Below, one piece after another: positions 1 to 15,509 of a stretch of DNA of 64,000 nt. The position numbers and the translations under genes are program-made. The notes under the pieces are model-generated. The model was not told the origin of the DNA, searched no databases, and saw only the letters and a list, made by a program, of their open reading frames with translations. Source of the DNA: Epiperipatus broadwayi (Eukaryota; Animalia; Onychophora); NCBI GenBank assembly GCA_028023455.1, contig JAQFVV010000005.1:18600001-18664000 (forward strand), given 5' to 3'. Position 1 is the first letter of the stretch. Each line of letters opens with the position of its first letter.

Positions 1-2432
1 TTTATTACTCATTGCCCATGTTTCACAACAATACAATAGTGCATTCCACACATAGCATTTAATTAATCTTTTCTTTAATTCTCTTTTCAAAGATCCACAA
101 AATATTTCATTTTTCCTAGTAAATGTCTCCTTTGCCAATACTTTTTTTTTTTTAACTTCATCTTCACTTCTTCCATCCTCCTCAACCAATTACCAAATAT
201 CAATATTCCTTTACGCGTTTAATTTGCCTCATTTTGATTTCCTCCTATTCATAATCACTTAGTCTTCTCAACATTAATCTTCATTCCATATTCTCTACAT
301 CCTTACTCCAATTTATTCAACATATTCTGAAGACACTCTTCTTTCTCAAAATATAAAGGCTAAAACAACTGCAAATATTACACATTTTATTATTCTACCT
401 CCAACATTTGCTTCTCCACAGTCTAAATAATTATTTAACATGTCTTCTAAATAATTATTAAAAAGAACTGGTGACATACTGCATCCTTGTCTAACTTCTT
501 TTTCTATATTCACTTCATCAGTTTCATTATTCTCCAGTCTAATTCTTATCATTTGGCCATTAGATATATTCCAAACAATCTTCATTTTTTCCAAAATACT
601 CCAATATTTTTTAGATTGTCATAAGTTTGTTCCAAATTATTCTATCAATTGCTTTTTCCAAATTCACAAAACATACACAATTCCATTTCTCTTTTTCAAT
701 GTATCTCACTGCAATTGTTCTAACAACACCAATAGCATCTCTTCTACAATTCCTTCTCTGAAAACCAAAATGTTCTTCTCCAATACAATATTCTACCTTT
801 CCAGAAATTCTTTAAAATTCTAAATAAAACTTTAAAAGCATGATATAATAAACTTATGGTCCTGTACTCTTGATATTTAACAGCTTTTTTCTTTTTAGCA
901 ATTGAAATCATTATAGTGCTTAAAAAATCTTCAGGATAAACCCAACTATTATATATCAAATTTCACAGTCCAACTATTCTCCCTATAATTTAAAAAAAAA
1001 ATTATATAGATATTGCATCAAATTCAACAGCCTTACCATTCTTCATTTGTATAATCAACTTTATTCTTCATCTGACAAAATGTCCAGACATTTATCATCT
1101 ACTTCAATATCTTCTTTGTTTTCAAGTTCATAAATTAATTGAATTATTTTCTTTTCTAAATTCTGTTCATCTTTTTAAAATATCATTGATATCAGTTAAT
1201 CTCTTTCCATCCTTATTGACAATATCACTCGCTAATATATTTTTTCTCCCAAGAGACCTTTTAAATTATATCAAATACTAGATCATATATTTTCACTTGT
1301 TGAAGCATTTTTATCTCCTACATTCCTGTTCTAAAAATTTTTCTTTTGCTAAATTTGTTTCTATTTCTAGCTCATTACTAATTTTTTTATGTGCACTTTA
1401 TCCTTCTTCTGTATTGACATTCTTCCATTCTCTCTGAATTTCCATTTTTTCCAACATACCTTCCATTATCCAAGGTCATTTAGCTTTCTTTAATCGAATA
1501 GTGCCTACTTCATTTTTTTTTTTAAATAATCCTAATTTAATCCTATACCAACAATTATCAGAACTATTAATATATTTCTCATCTTTATTATTTTTTTTAA
1601 TGCATGTTTCACATATCAAACCAACTTTTCCTTTGTCCATTTGTCTCAATTTATCTAAGTCCCACTTTGGTCATCTTTTTTCTGTTTTTATGCTTTTTAA
1701 ACTCAATTTTAATTTAGTCATAACCAAATTGTGATCTGAGTTTATATCAGAATCAGACAAAGCATGTGAATGTTAATAGCATTCTTGTATCTATCTTGAA
1801 TCAATACATAATCAATTTGATAACATATGATTTTTAAAGCAAGCATTTGCAATCATGAATCCATTGTCCATAGAAAATTGTACAAGCTGAATACCTCTTT
1901 CATTTCTTTTTCCAATACCATAATTCCCAACAATATTTCTTTCCTTACCTTTACCCACAACAGAATTTCAATTATATAATAGCAATAAACATGCATTTGA
2001 CCCCTCATCTATTCATAATTTTCATAAATTTCAATACCATCACTAGTATTTGACATATAAGCTGTATATTTGACTATAAGTTTGTACAATTACAAAAATC
2101 CATAGGACTTGCAGTTATGCAATCTACTTTTGTTACACTATTCCAAATTTTCTTTCCAACAGCAACACTAATTCCATTAATTGGTCTATCACCACCCAAA
2201 TAAAATAACATCTCCACTACTTACTTCCCATATTATCTTTTCTTTTCAAATTTCCCAATTTCCCAGCTCTTCTCAATGCTTTAATATTCCACATGGCAAT
2301 ACTCAATATGTCATCTCTTAATAGAACTGAACATTATGAGAGATTTTGCAGTTTATGACCTGAATAGCCTCATGTTTACTTTTGCCAGTCAAGATATCAA
2401 AATCATCTTTAACTAAGGCCTCAACCTAAATG
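1..2432 (-). mobile_element. Decayed RTE-clade LINE (APE endonuclease + RT), runs off window start
   Basis: Minus-strand peptides: IAMWNIKALRRAGKLG (EN start, ~2300), RGIQLVQFSMDNGFMIANACFK, SDINSDHNLV, YPEDFLSTIMISIAKKKKAVKYQEYRTISLL (744-959), EVRQGCSMSPVLFN (346-594). Many stops and frameshifts. Confidence 0.9.
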
Positions 2433-2855
2433 TAATGATTCCTATATATATATACTCATAATAAAACAAGGGGATTATAAGACAAAATGTTTTCCAATTG
2501 TCTTCTTTGACCAGCAATAACCTCCATAATAAGCTTAATGCATTAGCTGAATCTCATAAAATGAACATCTGTCTACACCTTCCCCTTCACCATTGTCATC
2601 TATAGTGATTTTCCACTGATTTGGAAGAATACTGTTATTGATCCAGAGGGGTGTTGACTTATTTAATGGCAGTCAATATTCACTGTTAGACATACCCCAC
2701 CATAGGAATTATGGCATTTTATAAAAGAAATATATCACTGTCTCCATTACTTCCTGATAGTGAATGTTGTCCCATTGTCAGTGACTGTTTATTTACAGCA
2801 CTTTGCTTATTCACGCCTAACCTTCACATCTGAATATCATTCCCCTATCTGCATC

Positions 2856-2889
2856 CTGAGGATGCTCTGGGTGGCATGAAACTCATGTC
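2856..2889 (+). ncRNA. Degenerate minimal hammerhead-like motif
   Basis: CTGAGGA-TGC-TCTGGGTG-GCA-T-GAAAC-TCAT-GTC; no convincing stem I. Confidence 0.3.
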
Positions 2890-5800
2890 CTGAAATCCAA
2901 TCCAACTAAGAAAGCATGACTACATTGAATATTATTAAATACATTAGTATATCTGCATGTGTATAAGCATTAGTCATCGATTATCATAAATTTGCATATT
3001 TGCATGTGTAAATTGATCAAGCAGTTGATGTCATTAGATTAAATGACCAGTGTTCACTGAGAGAAATGCTATTGGCTTGTATTTATGGAGTTCTTAAAAT
3101 TTATTATGTGCCAAGCTTCTTAAAAAATAACAATAAAAAATGAAAAATAAAAGAAGCTTGGCATGTAATTAATTTTAAGAACTCTACAAATACAAAAGCC
3201 AATAATGTTCCTCTGAGCAACCACTGGTTGTTTAATCTAATGGCATAGCCAACTAAGGACAATTTACACATGCAAATATGATAATCAGTGACAAATTTAA
3301 TGGTGCATGCGGATATGCTAATGTACTTGTTAATATTAACTATAATTGTGCTTTGACAAAGATATTCTGTATCAAAAGCATGGCTCAACAAAGTAATAAA
3401 TATTGTTTTATATCAAAAATTTATTAATGTAATAATTGTCGACATACTCTTGTAAAATATTAGCTACAGTATATACGCATATTATAGTTTATTTTATATA
3501 TACTATACATAAATAACAAAATTATATACATATAATTATTCAATATTTACATGTAAAATCATATATATATATTCTGACCTTGCTCTCGTGCATCCTCACT
3601 TCAGAATAGTATATGATATAAAATAAAACGGGTTCTATCTCATTTAATAATTAATAACTAAAATATTCAGCATTAAAATTAAAATATTTCACTAGCTCAA
3701 ATTTAAAATACGAATAAGCTTCAGTTTATAAAAATAAATTAAATAAATATTTAATATTTTCATGAGACTTGAAGTGAAAATACAGGTGACAAGATAGATT
3801 ACATTGAGCCAATATCCCACAGGATACTACCTCAATGGCATAAGAACACTATCCCCCCCCTTTATTACTATTTCAAATAACAAACTCATAGTATTCTTAT
3901 GACTTTAATAACTTCTACTCACTAAGATTAAACTAATAATTAAATCTTAATCTTCTATTTAATAATCTAGCTCAATAAAATAATCTCAGGTTCATAAAGT
4001 TTATTCTAAGTTAATTTAAAAATATGGTAGTAAAATATGAGAAGGGATTTTATGTCATAATCTACTACACTGAAACTAATAATAATAAATAACAGTAATA
4101 ATATTCTTCATTGTTTAACTAATTCTGTATATCTTTTCTTTTTACTATAATTTTATTACCATAATAAAATAATGAAATAATATAATATGATCTTATATCT
4201 TCATGTAATGATATAATAAATACGTGGTAGCATTTTAATAATCTGATAAACAAAATATGTGTGGCAACTGATAGCATATAATTTAATATAATATTGTGAT
4301 AACTGATTTATGACCAATAAAATAATGTAAGATTATGATTATTTAATTATAATGAATACCAATAAAATATTTAAAATTCTTAAAATAATTCTCTATTTAT
4401 CTTTTGTGCAAAATTATATATTTGTTTCAATTATTATGCATATATCGTGATTTCATGCAGCGATGTGGAGAAATAAATAACTCGGACACAAAATTTTTGA
4501 AATAACAAAATTTAACAAAGTTTATTACTAACAACAAATAAATAAACAATTTATTTACACTATTTACAGTGGATATCCTTAACTTTTTTTACTTTACAGT
4601 TTGATCTACCAGGTTATAAAAAAAATAATTTATATTTCAATTATATCTTTATTTAGATTTAGGACAAAATTTAAAAAAAATGTTACTATTTGGTTTCTCA
4701 TTATGGTTAACTTATTACAAATATATTTATCTACTTTATTAGCAACAGCATTTTATCCTTAATATTATTAAACTATCTTATTTTAAAAAAATTCATACTT
4801 AGAAAACATTCTATAGAAAACAAAATTTTATAATGAGTATGGACTTCTCAAAATATTTTTAAAAAATTTCATCTTGCAAAGTCAAAAATGTTACACAAAA
4901 TATTATCCAAAAATTCAGTACTAGATTTTAGTATTTATCACACAATGTTTACTAATCATAATATATTCTTCTTTAAGCCTTACTTTAGTATGATATAAGT
5001 GTAATCATCAATATATTTCTGTTAATCAATAAACAAAAAATATACTATGCATATTGTTTACATAATTTACTTTGTACTATTGTATTTTAAAAATATGCAA
5101 TACTTATTTTCTCTTAAAAAAAATAATACTAAAGCATTTAAAATTATTATCACTTTAAAGAAAATATCTTTGTTTAAATACCCTATTTAAAAAAAATTTA
5201 TATTTCATTTCCGAAATAAAATTCAAAATATATTCTATGATTCTTTTCTTTCCTTAGGATACTTTGGATCTTCAATTTTAAGTTATAACGTCCTATTCCT
5301 TCTAAGCAAATAAACCAATCTTATACAAAACGATAGCATAACCTAAGTTCTAAATTATTTATCATTTCTCTTAAACATATCTTACTGAACGATGCAGTTA
5401 CATGAAATAAAGATAGCGAAAACAGATGCATAGGATTAAGGAAGAAAGCTAGAGTATTACTCTTAACATATCTCAAAATCATGGCACAGTGCGAAGAGGT
5501 ATGACATTTACCTGCCTAATATCCTCTAGTACAGGGACGATGTTAAAGCTATTTCTTCAGCTTTATTAGAACATCAAATATTTAAAGAAATATAAACACT
5601 GTCCAAATAAAATGTGTATCAGTCATAGGGCTTTGTTAACTATGCTGATATTCACATAAAGACTAAATATTATTTCCATTCCTTATAACATCCTATTTCT
5701 TAAAAACATCATCTTGGTTTCCTGTTCACTAAGTACTTCCAAGCCACTATCTCAACATTATTTCTCAAGATTTTCCACATCTTACATCGATAAATAACTA

Positions 5801-8589
5801 TCCGCATTTACAAAACAATAAATAAAATTCATTAATAGTTAAACAATCTAGCTGTTCCACAAGAAAAGTCTGCTTACTTCATTATTCTATATGTCTAATC
5901 ATATACAATCTACTTAGACAATATTTGAATATCCAATAACATGAAAATTTTAAAAGAATCACATAATTATTTGTTATGTTGGATTATATCACTAATAAAA
6001 AAAAATCGTCGTATGCATATTTTCAAATCAATCCTATCTCATAATGTTTTTTAAAATGTTGTATGAAATGCGGTACATATAAGTAAAAAAACTTTTACAC
6101 TTCATTCTTCCAATTTATGGATGATCTAAAGAAAACAAAAAAAAATATACATTATAAATTATCAATAGTTATTATTATTACCAATAACCTTTATCTAGTC
6201 ATCGTGTTCAGTAGGCTTCCTTTATCCACTTGAGCATTGCAGATATAAAAAAAAATTCACACCCATACACTTTATATTAAAATATTTTTAGCTAAATTAT
6301 TAGATTGTTATATTATAAAATTTTAATATTAATAATTAATGTTTTTATGTTTTTCCTAATCTTATATAAAAATTTAGATTTAAACTAGGTTAACAAAATA
6401 AAAGGAATCAAAACTATAATTACATATTTTCTTGACGATAGTTCCTGATAAGTCCAAAATGTTTATTATTTTCTCTAGAGTTTTTAAAAATGTTCTCCTC
6501 CAAGCACGTTAAAGTTTAAAATAAAATAATTATTAATCCATTTAATAAAATTTATAGAAAATAATCCTTGGTTTTAGTATTTAGGATGATAATTATTAAA
6601 TCATAATATTAATTAATCCCGTGAAGTTTTTTTAAGTATTTTCTCTGCCGGCATATCCATGCATATTCCATCTAATTTAGCTTTAGTTATCTGATAAACT
6701 TTTAAGTACTATTTGTATTTTTATGGATCCATCTTTTATTCAACTATATGTTCACTTTTTTATCTAAGTTTCCTTCTTAATACATTTAAACTTTCGTTTG
6801 GTATTTTTATATATCACTTTAAAAAAAAAACTTCAAGTACTTTTAAACAAATCTTTTCTAAATACATTTTTAAACAATTCTAAGACTGGATGTTTTTAAT
6901 ATCAAAAACGCTTCTATAACATATTCTCCTGGGTTCTTTCTTAAATTCTTGAAAATATTTTTTAAAAATGTTACCTTCAGAAAGGATATAACATTTTACT
7001 CCTTTGAATATCATATTATATAAATGATTCATAAGATATATTTGTCTTATTACTACTTTAAAAAAAAAAAATCTTGGATAAACTTATCTAAATAATGATG
7101 TGTCTCCAATTTTTTCATTAGACTCCGTATGATGTTCGAGCTGTGGTTTTTTATGTACCAAAACTGTTCTTCAGTTATGCATTAATAAAGCTGTATCAAC
7201 AGATATTCCAAACATTTTTACAGTATTACAATTTATATCCATTTTATTTCGTAGTATATCCATCTCTATTGCGTAATCTAGGTTAAATTTCAGATAAAAT
7301 ACTACTGGCAAGTAACTTTTAAAAATTAGAAAATCATTTCCACAAAGTTTCTAAATATATAATTTTTAACACCCTCTTTTGCAAAAATACTTTTAAAAAT
7401 TATCAATTAGTTTTTTGCAAAATAAACGATAAGAAAGTACTAAAAAAAAAATTGACTAAAATAAAAAATTTTAAAAAAAATACTATCTCTTTGAGAGCTG
7501 CTAATATACCTTTCTTTGGTTTCAATACATTATTAATCTCCCTTGATAACTTAGTTACGATGATATTTATAGTCTGTAAGAATACCTATTCCTATTGGTT
7601 AATTCTTACTTTAGCTTGAGAACAAATTTACATATTTTTAGTTTATAGTAGAATTAAATTTCAAAATTAGAAATTATGACGTAATGAACTTAAAATATTA
7701 TTTAAAATATTACTTTTGAATAAATTATTATTTTATTAAAACTATTTAAACATTTAAAATAACTTTTAAAACAATTTTAATAACTTATTCCATTTATCTA
7801 TTTTTATTTAAATAAAATATTTAATTTTTTTTATTAACTGTATTCATCTTTATTACATCATTTAAGCATGTTATACGATAGTTAACTTAATGTTTAATAC
7901 TATTTACTTTTATGATAGACAATAATTCTATCCAATTCTATAATATAACTTTTAAAATATTTTAAACTTTATTATTAATTCAAACAAGCGTGTGTGAGAA
8001 AGTATGTAATATACAAGTCACATGATTAATAACTTTGACAGGCGATTTTCAATCTATTTCTCTGCCTAGATTTATATAATTGATACACTTATTATATTAT
8101 ATAAAATAATTATAAAATTTGGAAAAACAATTTAGAAAATATAGAATTAGATATAATTTTCATCATCATAAAGTTTATTTTAAAAATATACTATATTAAT
8201 TTTGATTATTAAATATGATTATAAATTTAAACATAGCATCTATTAACTATAAGTTTTAAACTATTAAAATCGAATTTTTAAATATACTTTTAATATTTAT
8301 AGCTGTGTTATTTAATATGGCCAGCTTTTACAACCATATGAAACAATATTTTAAACTTTACTTAATTACTTTTTAAATAATTCACCATAATTTTATATAC
8401 CACGTATTTTCTTTAGCTTTAAATTGTACTTTAAAATATAATCGACAAACTATAATTAATAAATCAAAAGAACATATTCTAAAATTTAAAATTTTTAATA
8501 ATTGACTGTTATGAACTATTACTGACCTATAGAAAAGGGCACAATATATATATATATAACCATAATTACTTTCAAATACTATTAATCCT

Positions 8590-9250
8590 TAGTAAAAGTA
8601 GAATCTAGTTTCCCTAACTCCAGAAAATTTATTTATCATATCTATCCAGCTCACATGTAGTTTCTTTTCAGACTCTTACAATTTCTTGAGATCCAGTTTA
8701 GAATATTAGATCTTATCTCTTCCAGCATTATGTTCAGATTAGTTACATTTCATCCCATTAATTCTTTCAACTCTGCCAGTAATATATGTTTGCTCTTTCA
8801 TAATCCATACATAGATCTCCTTTATTTGATGATGTCTATTCTGTTCATATCTCAGATCTATGAATAAGTTCTTCAGAAAATTAATCTTTTCTTTCAAATA
8901 TATAAACAATTTTTCATTTAAGTTATTCTACCAATAATATTCTACCCCAACTTTACTTTATAATTAATTTTATCTATTTTATTTCTGTCTGCATTAACAA
9001 TTTTGACAAAGTATTTATAACTACCCTCTTCTAATTCATGATTATTTTTCCATTCTTTAGATCTTTTTTTTTTTTCATTTAACAACTCCTCTAACATTTT
9101 CTGAAGCACCGAAACATTATTTATAAATTTAATTATTCTCTGCAAAATCTAAATGACTTAAATAATCTTTATTTCTACCTTTTTTTGCTCCTAATTCTTA
9201 AAATTAGATGTAAAATGATAGAAGAGTTGGAAATACTTAGATGGCTTGCC
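8590..9250 (-). mobile_element. Decayed RTE LINE RT/thumb fragment
   Basis: ORF 8942-9145 (LQKMLEEL...ELEEGSYKYFVKIVNAD...KVKLG) resembles the RTE post-YADD region. Shares GCAAAATCTAAATGACTTAAATAATCT with the copy near 60570. Confidence 0.75.
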
Positions 9251-10139
9251 TTAACAATAGTAATCTTCTTAATGTCACTGTGTAATATCATTACCAGTAT
9301 TATATTCTAATATATTCTTCAGAATTTGATACTACCATGGATATTTATTTGGATGTTTCAAAGCTGTAATCACAGTATAAGTACTTATAGGTTCAAATGC
9401 TTTTCCATATCATACAAATTCAATGAAAAAGAACAATTCAAACCTATTCAGCTATAACATATCTTCTTTTAACACTTGATAGGATCTACTGAATTAAAAG
9501 CTATTCTTTGGTTGAGTCAAAACTTCCTAATAGATGAAATGTAATAACATTAATAAATTACTTTATATAAAATTGAGATTGATAAGTCTGTAAAGAAGAG
9601 GATAACTAGCAAACAGATTGCAATGATAAAGTAATATTTGATCATTATTGATCAGTTGCCATTGTTTGTCATTATAACATAATCTGTTCTAAATTTCTCA
9701 CATTAAGAGATATGTTATAAACTTTGATGAACCTTTATTAACTCTTTATCTTTTCTTTTCTGAATACTTAATGATAAACATTATTCATTATTTTCCCCTT
9801 CTTTATTTAATTGCATAACACACATCTTTATTTAAAACAGGTGACCTCAAAAATGATGTCATTTTTTTACGATCACTTTGTTTTCCTATTATTTACTACT
9901 TCATAGTTCTTGTGAAATTTTTCCACACTTTATGGTTTCACCAATTTTTCAATTATTATGTCATTTTTTCTAATACCAGAATATTTTATACTGGTGATGA
10001 TGTGTTTAGTGGTTTAATACCAATCCTGCCCAAAAGGATTGTGTTGCCAAAGACACCACAATGTATATATGCTGAAGGAAGTTTAAATCTATAAGACTAT
10101 ACAAGCACATGGGCTTGAATTGAAAACATTATTGTGCTT

Positions 10140-10266
10140 TCATTTCAGACTCAAAGCTTTGTAGTTAACTAAAAAGGTAAAAGGTGGCTTCTGGGGGTTA
10201 CATTTGATCATAAGACCTAAGTGCAGTGCTCCTCACTGATGAAATCCACAGCTATAAACTAGTCTA
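10140..10266 (+). mobile_element. PLE terminal-repeat remnant with decayed C3:G8 HHR
   Basis: Homologous to the minus strand of ~50845-50990 (AAAAGGTGGC...GTGCAGTGCTC...CTCCTCACTGATGAA...AAACTAGTC). CTGATGA at 10236-10242; GAAA mutated. Confidence 0.65.
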
Positions 10267-10299
10267 ATTAATAAGCAAGAATCAACAGGAAATAATCTT

Positions 10300-11200
10300 G
10301 TTTACTGTATATAAAATTATATTTCTTGTATGGATTGTATTAGATTTGGAAACTGTCATATTATCATATTTTTAAAATTTACTTCTTTAATATTCATTGG
10401 TTAACTTTATTAATAGTTTTTTTAAAAAGTAATAGTTTCAGAAATTATTTTTATGTGTTGATGTCTTTATTCATCCAGCTATGTGTTCCATGATCTGGCA
10501 GTGAGTGCACCTTCATTTCATCATAATATGGTAATTTAAAGAATTTGTAGCTTATGCTAGTAAGACTATTTAAGTTTAAGTATATATATTTATATTTTTC
10601 TTTGTTCATAGTCACAGTTCCTATGGTCCTTGTAATCCTGACCCCAGCTCTAGAGCAATAATGTTTAAATTATAATATATATGGAAGTATATGTTTTACA
10701 TCCAGATGGTTCTCTGTATGATGCAAAGGTCAAGATCACCTTTAAAGTCCATTCATTGCAATTTATTTATACATATTGGAAATTCTTTTATAGCTGGCCT
10801 ATACATTCGTGTTAACCATATAGACAGAACATTAATGATAATCAACATATATCAAGATCTCAGCATTTCTATTTTGAAATATATTTTAGCACTGATATAT
10901 GTGTATGCAAATTATTGTTTTATATTACATTCTAAGTCTGGTATTGGTTAGATGAATAGCATACATTTTGATATTGAACATCCTTTAGATATAGTCATAA
11001 GTGATGATTATTATTTATTCTTGTTTAATGATCATGGTGTAAATTATTATTATAACTACTTATTTTACTCTATGCAAATTCTCTCATATTCCTTTTATAT
11101 TTGTTGGTGACTATTCTTTGGCAAGATTAATTGAAATGATTGCAATATTTAGTGAGGATGATGATTGTCATTTCCCTACATTTATTCCTTACCTTTATCT
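10300..11200. repeat. Dispersed direct repeat copy 1 (pair at ~15510-16500)
   Basis: Colinear diverged similarity, e.g. TATATAAAATTATATTT...AACTGTCATATTATC...TTGGTTAACTTTATTAA...AGTAAGACTATTTAA...ACATTTTGATATTGAAC. Confidence 0.8.
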
Positions 11201-12099
11201 GTACCATTTCAAATGGTGATCTGACTGTGCACCTGTTGATGATCATGTTTTGATGGTCAGTGTATAAAATGATTAAATGGTTTGAAGCTTAAATAAGCAT
11301 GTAAATGTATATTTAAAAAGAATTAAAGTAGAATTAAAAAGCAAAACATGATTTTTGGAGATTATATTGAGCTTTTGACTGTTAAATTTTCTTTAGCTAT
11401 ATTTTTAGTACTTTTTACTGGTTATTAATGGAGACTTTAGTCATTGGATTCATGATGCAATGTTTTCATACAGCTCCATACAGTGTTCTATCTCAACACC
11501 ACAACAATTCATTTTCAAGTTTTTCATTTCCTGTTGTTCATCATGGTTAGTTAATATGGTCCTGTAACATGAACTCCAGCCTCCACACGACATAATTTTA
11601 AAGTTTTCAATTTACCAATATGTAAGTCTCAAATGAACAAGGTTTTGCAGATATTTTTATTATTATTTTATATTTGGTGTTGTAAGTATTTCATAGGGTT
11701 TAAATAGAGATAGCTCTTCTGGTTTTCATGCTCTTATGCACTTATAGTCTGTTGGTGGAATTCTGTATTTATTCCAGGATTGTCAGATGCCAGTCAGATC
11801 TCTAAAAATAGATTATGAGAAAATGGTTTGTTATAAGAACTTCATTTTAGACATACACATGGATTTAAAATAATAATGAAAGTGAATAAAAAATTGACTG
11901 AATAAAGTAAGAGGAAATAAATTACACTGGACAAGTAAAGTCAGGTATTGGGACTGTCACATTCAAAGAAAGACAGATTAGAGGTATTAGATAAAAATGA
12001 AAGTTGTGTCAAAGTGAAGGTAATGTGAGGCTTACTTTATAATTTTTTTAATATTTACAAAATTCAATACAGTTTTACTGTAACATTAAAAGTAATCAA

Positions 12100-14050
12100 T
12101 AGACATTTATGTGCTGACAAGAGCAAAGTCAAAAAATGAAGAAAAAATGTGATCAAGAAAAGATAAGCCATCATCTGAAGAAACCTAGAGAATAGAGATG
12201 ACTTCAGCCCAGATGCTGCAGATCCTGCTACATAAACAGAACAGATCAGAAGATATACTACTAAAGAAAACCAGAAAAAAACAGTCAGCAAAGATAATCA
12301 AAGGAAAGCAAAAGATGAGAAGAAATGCTGCAAAATAAAATAGAAGAAAGAAGTCAGCAAAATCAGATGTGGTTTAAAGAAATGAAAGATAGAATCAACA
12401 AAGAGAAGAAGGTTATCAAAAGGAAACAGAAAAAAAAAGAAATGCTACACAGAAAATAAAAGAAGGCATTTAGAAAAGAGAAATTGGCAATGAAAAAAAA
12501 TGGACCAGAGCATTCAGGAAGCTATCCAGAATATTACCCAAACAATCCAAGAAAAAAAGAAAGAGTCACAAAAATCTATCCAGAATATTATTAACTAAAC
12601 AATGGGCAAAAATAAGAAAGAGCAACAGGAAGCTATTCAGAATATTACTAAATAATAAAAGAAGGCAAGAAAAAGAAGAAACAAGAAAATTGAAGAAGGC
12701 AATCAAAAATATATTAATTAAAATAGAAGAATAAAAGAAAAAAAAGGAAAATGTTATGCATCAAGTGCAGAGAATAATACAATAGGAAGCGGAAAGACTA
12801 GATCAAATAATGGAGAGGATAGACTATTGGAATTTACAAGTGAAAAAAGAAGTAATAGAACAAGTGCAGATTCAATCATCAAGAATTAAATAGAAAACTG
12901 AAGAATGAAAATTAAGAAATAGAGAAATATAGGCTAACAGAAAGCATGAAAGCAACTCATGAAGAGTTAAATAAAAATCCGAGGCAGGTGAAAATTCAAA
13001 AAGGAAGATATGTAAAATATCCATATGAAGAGATATTATCAATAGATCAAATTTTAAAAATATTCAAAAATAGGGGCAATGAATGATAGTGAATGGTGTT
13101 ATAAGGAGAAAACAAATCTCTGAAAACTAGAGCCACTGCTAGGAGATGAAATGTCAATTTCTTTCTGAAAATGGAAAATATTCTAGAGTGATGCAGAAGG
13201 AAGTGCTATGAAGCACCTTGACAATCTTGAAAACAACATTTCCTTAAACAGAATGGAGGAGCATCAAAAAATGGAATGAGCCTATGCTCACCCTCAAGGA
13301 TCAGAAAATTACTGATAAAATCATTGTCTAAAAAACCCAGAAGATTTCTAAGGATACAAAGAAGCTGTATAGGATGAAGGAGTGTCAGGATAGTATTTGA
13401 TCAATACTAGATATAAAGAAATGTAAAACATGAGCAAGGGAAAGCTATATTCAGTTTTTTCAATGCCAGGTTTCCCAGTTTGAAAGCCTGGACTGCTTGC
13501 ACTCTATTAGATAAATAAAAATTATAAATTATCAAATATAATCGGTATATAAAATAGAACAAATGATCATAAGTGCTGATAAACTATTGAACAAGTAGCA
13601 GAATTACTGAATTCTTTGAAAATGAATCAATAAATGAAAGAAGGAACACGAAAAAGATTTTGGCTCCTCCAATTTTGAGGAGAAAATGGGTAAATAATCT
13701 GGAATAAGATCAATGTAAGTAGTATATTTGTCCAGAAAAATGACAGATCTAGTCAACAAAAAATAGAAAAAAATAATAGTTTAGAGAGAATAGGAGTAAA
13801 TCACAGATTTAACAGTAAGGAGAATCTGAACAGGAGTTCATTATCACACTATTCTTAACTCTACTCAGAAGAAACTCAGGCAGAGTAAAGATCAAAATCC
13901 AGTTATTCATAGACTGGAAGGCTTACCTAAATATCTTTACAGCATTGCAAAGCATCAAGGGATTAATATCTGTATATTAGAAAATGAAACCAGTGTAAAA
14001 ATTCTGGCATTCCTGGTTTATCCAAAAGTAACAAGACTAATAATTTATTC
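12100..14050 (+). mobile_element. Heavily decayed LINE; RT motifs in ~13550-14050
   Basis: Frameshifted remnants resembling PI.KKGDK..NYRGISL, Q.GFR.GRS..EQ and FIDxKAYD. The purine-rich coiled-coil-like 5' part is unassigned. Confidence 0.45.
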
Positions 14051-15509
14051 CTTATAGTTAATAAGTAAATGAAGGACATGATAAATAGGCATAAATCAAG
14101 ATGAAAGTTTTATTTTCATTTTGTTAAGAGATGGGATGAGAATAATTATTTCTTCTCATGTTTTTTTTCAGAAAGAATATAAATTACAAACTTATTAAAG
14201 AGTTACATTCATTAAATAATAACAAATTCGCAAACATTTTAAATAATAAAAATATGAATCTTTAATGTTTATCAAAGAAAGTTGTCAAAGAGAGCTAAAA
14301 GTATAAAAAAATAAAGAATAAAGTAATTGTTTTTTTCTCTTTATTCAATAATTTTATCTTACCTCTCTCTCTTCAGTGATTTTATGTCTATATGTTTATC
14401 AATTTTTTTAAAAAGAAATAAAATAAAGGTATTCACATTTTTTTTTAAAAAATGCTGTTTTCAAATAATGAAATTTGATTTTCTTTCTTTTCTTTTTATC
14501 TCTCCAAAGAAATAAAAATGTTTTGCAAAATTAAATGATTATCCTATATCCAATATCAAAAAGAAAAAATAACTACAAAGAAGTTTTTCAATAAGTAATG
14601 ATACTTGGAATTTTTAATTAATTAAAAAGAGAAAGATAAATAATATTTTTTAAAAGTAGAATCTATTGGTCATGGTGTGTGAGTGGAGGGATAAAGGAAG
14701 ACTATGTTAATGATAGGGAGTAGGTTAAGGCATTAGTCTTCAGTGTCTAGTCAGTAATAATTAGTCTTGATCTAGGTGTTGCAGAGAAGAGCAGTATCAG
14801 CTCAGTTGCAAAGAGAACAGTGAAAATTTAAGTTTGTAGTCTGAAGTAAGACTAACCTCACAATTAATTGTTAAAAAATGATTTTTCAAATGAACCATGT
14901 ACTAAGCTTTAGCTAAATGCTGTACCAATCTTTATAACCTAATTGACCTAATAAAATGTAAGAGAAATTTGCAACTAGCCTTGTGTCCATCCAAAAGCAT
15001 AACTACTTCAGCCTATGTTAACCTGATATGAAAATTATTATACTATAAAATATGTTATAAGAAAAAAAGGCTAACCAGGAAGAAAATAGTTGATAAACTC
15101 ACCCTGTGACTGTCAAGTTCAAAATGGAATCTACAAGAAGAAAAAAATTAATGGGAGTACTATAAGAAAAGAATTATTTAAACTGAACATTTGAGGCTAA
15201 AAGAAAAATAAACATGAAAGGAACTGAAACTTGTAAATTCAAAAGGAGAACTATGCACATAGTAAACTATACACATCTATATTTTCAAATATTTTAAATA
15301 TAAGTAATAATTGATAGTAATAGATAATTTTGAGTTGTTTTTTTGTTATAGTTGTTGAAACATGTTTCCTCTCTCTCAAAATATAAAAATGTATAAAATC
15401 TTCCCATTTTCAAAAGAAATGGGGAAGAAGATTTTAATTAATCTTAATTTTTTTGTTATTGTGAAATGTTTTCAGATTTAATTAGTAATAATTAATAGGA
15501 AACAATCAT

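Noticed and set aside
3025-3055. HHR-like remnant GTCATT/AATGAC followed by AGTGTTCACT
   Set aside because: Both core strands are lost
12518-12655. Three short GAAGCTATCCAGAATATTA-like repeats, ~55-bp spacing
   Set aside because: Degenerate internal repeats of a decayed element, not an array system
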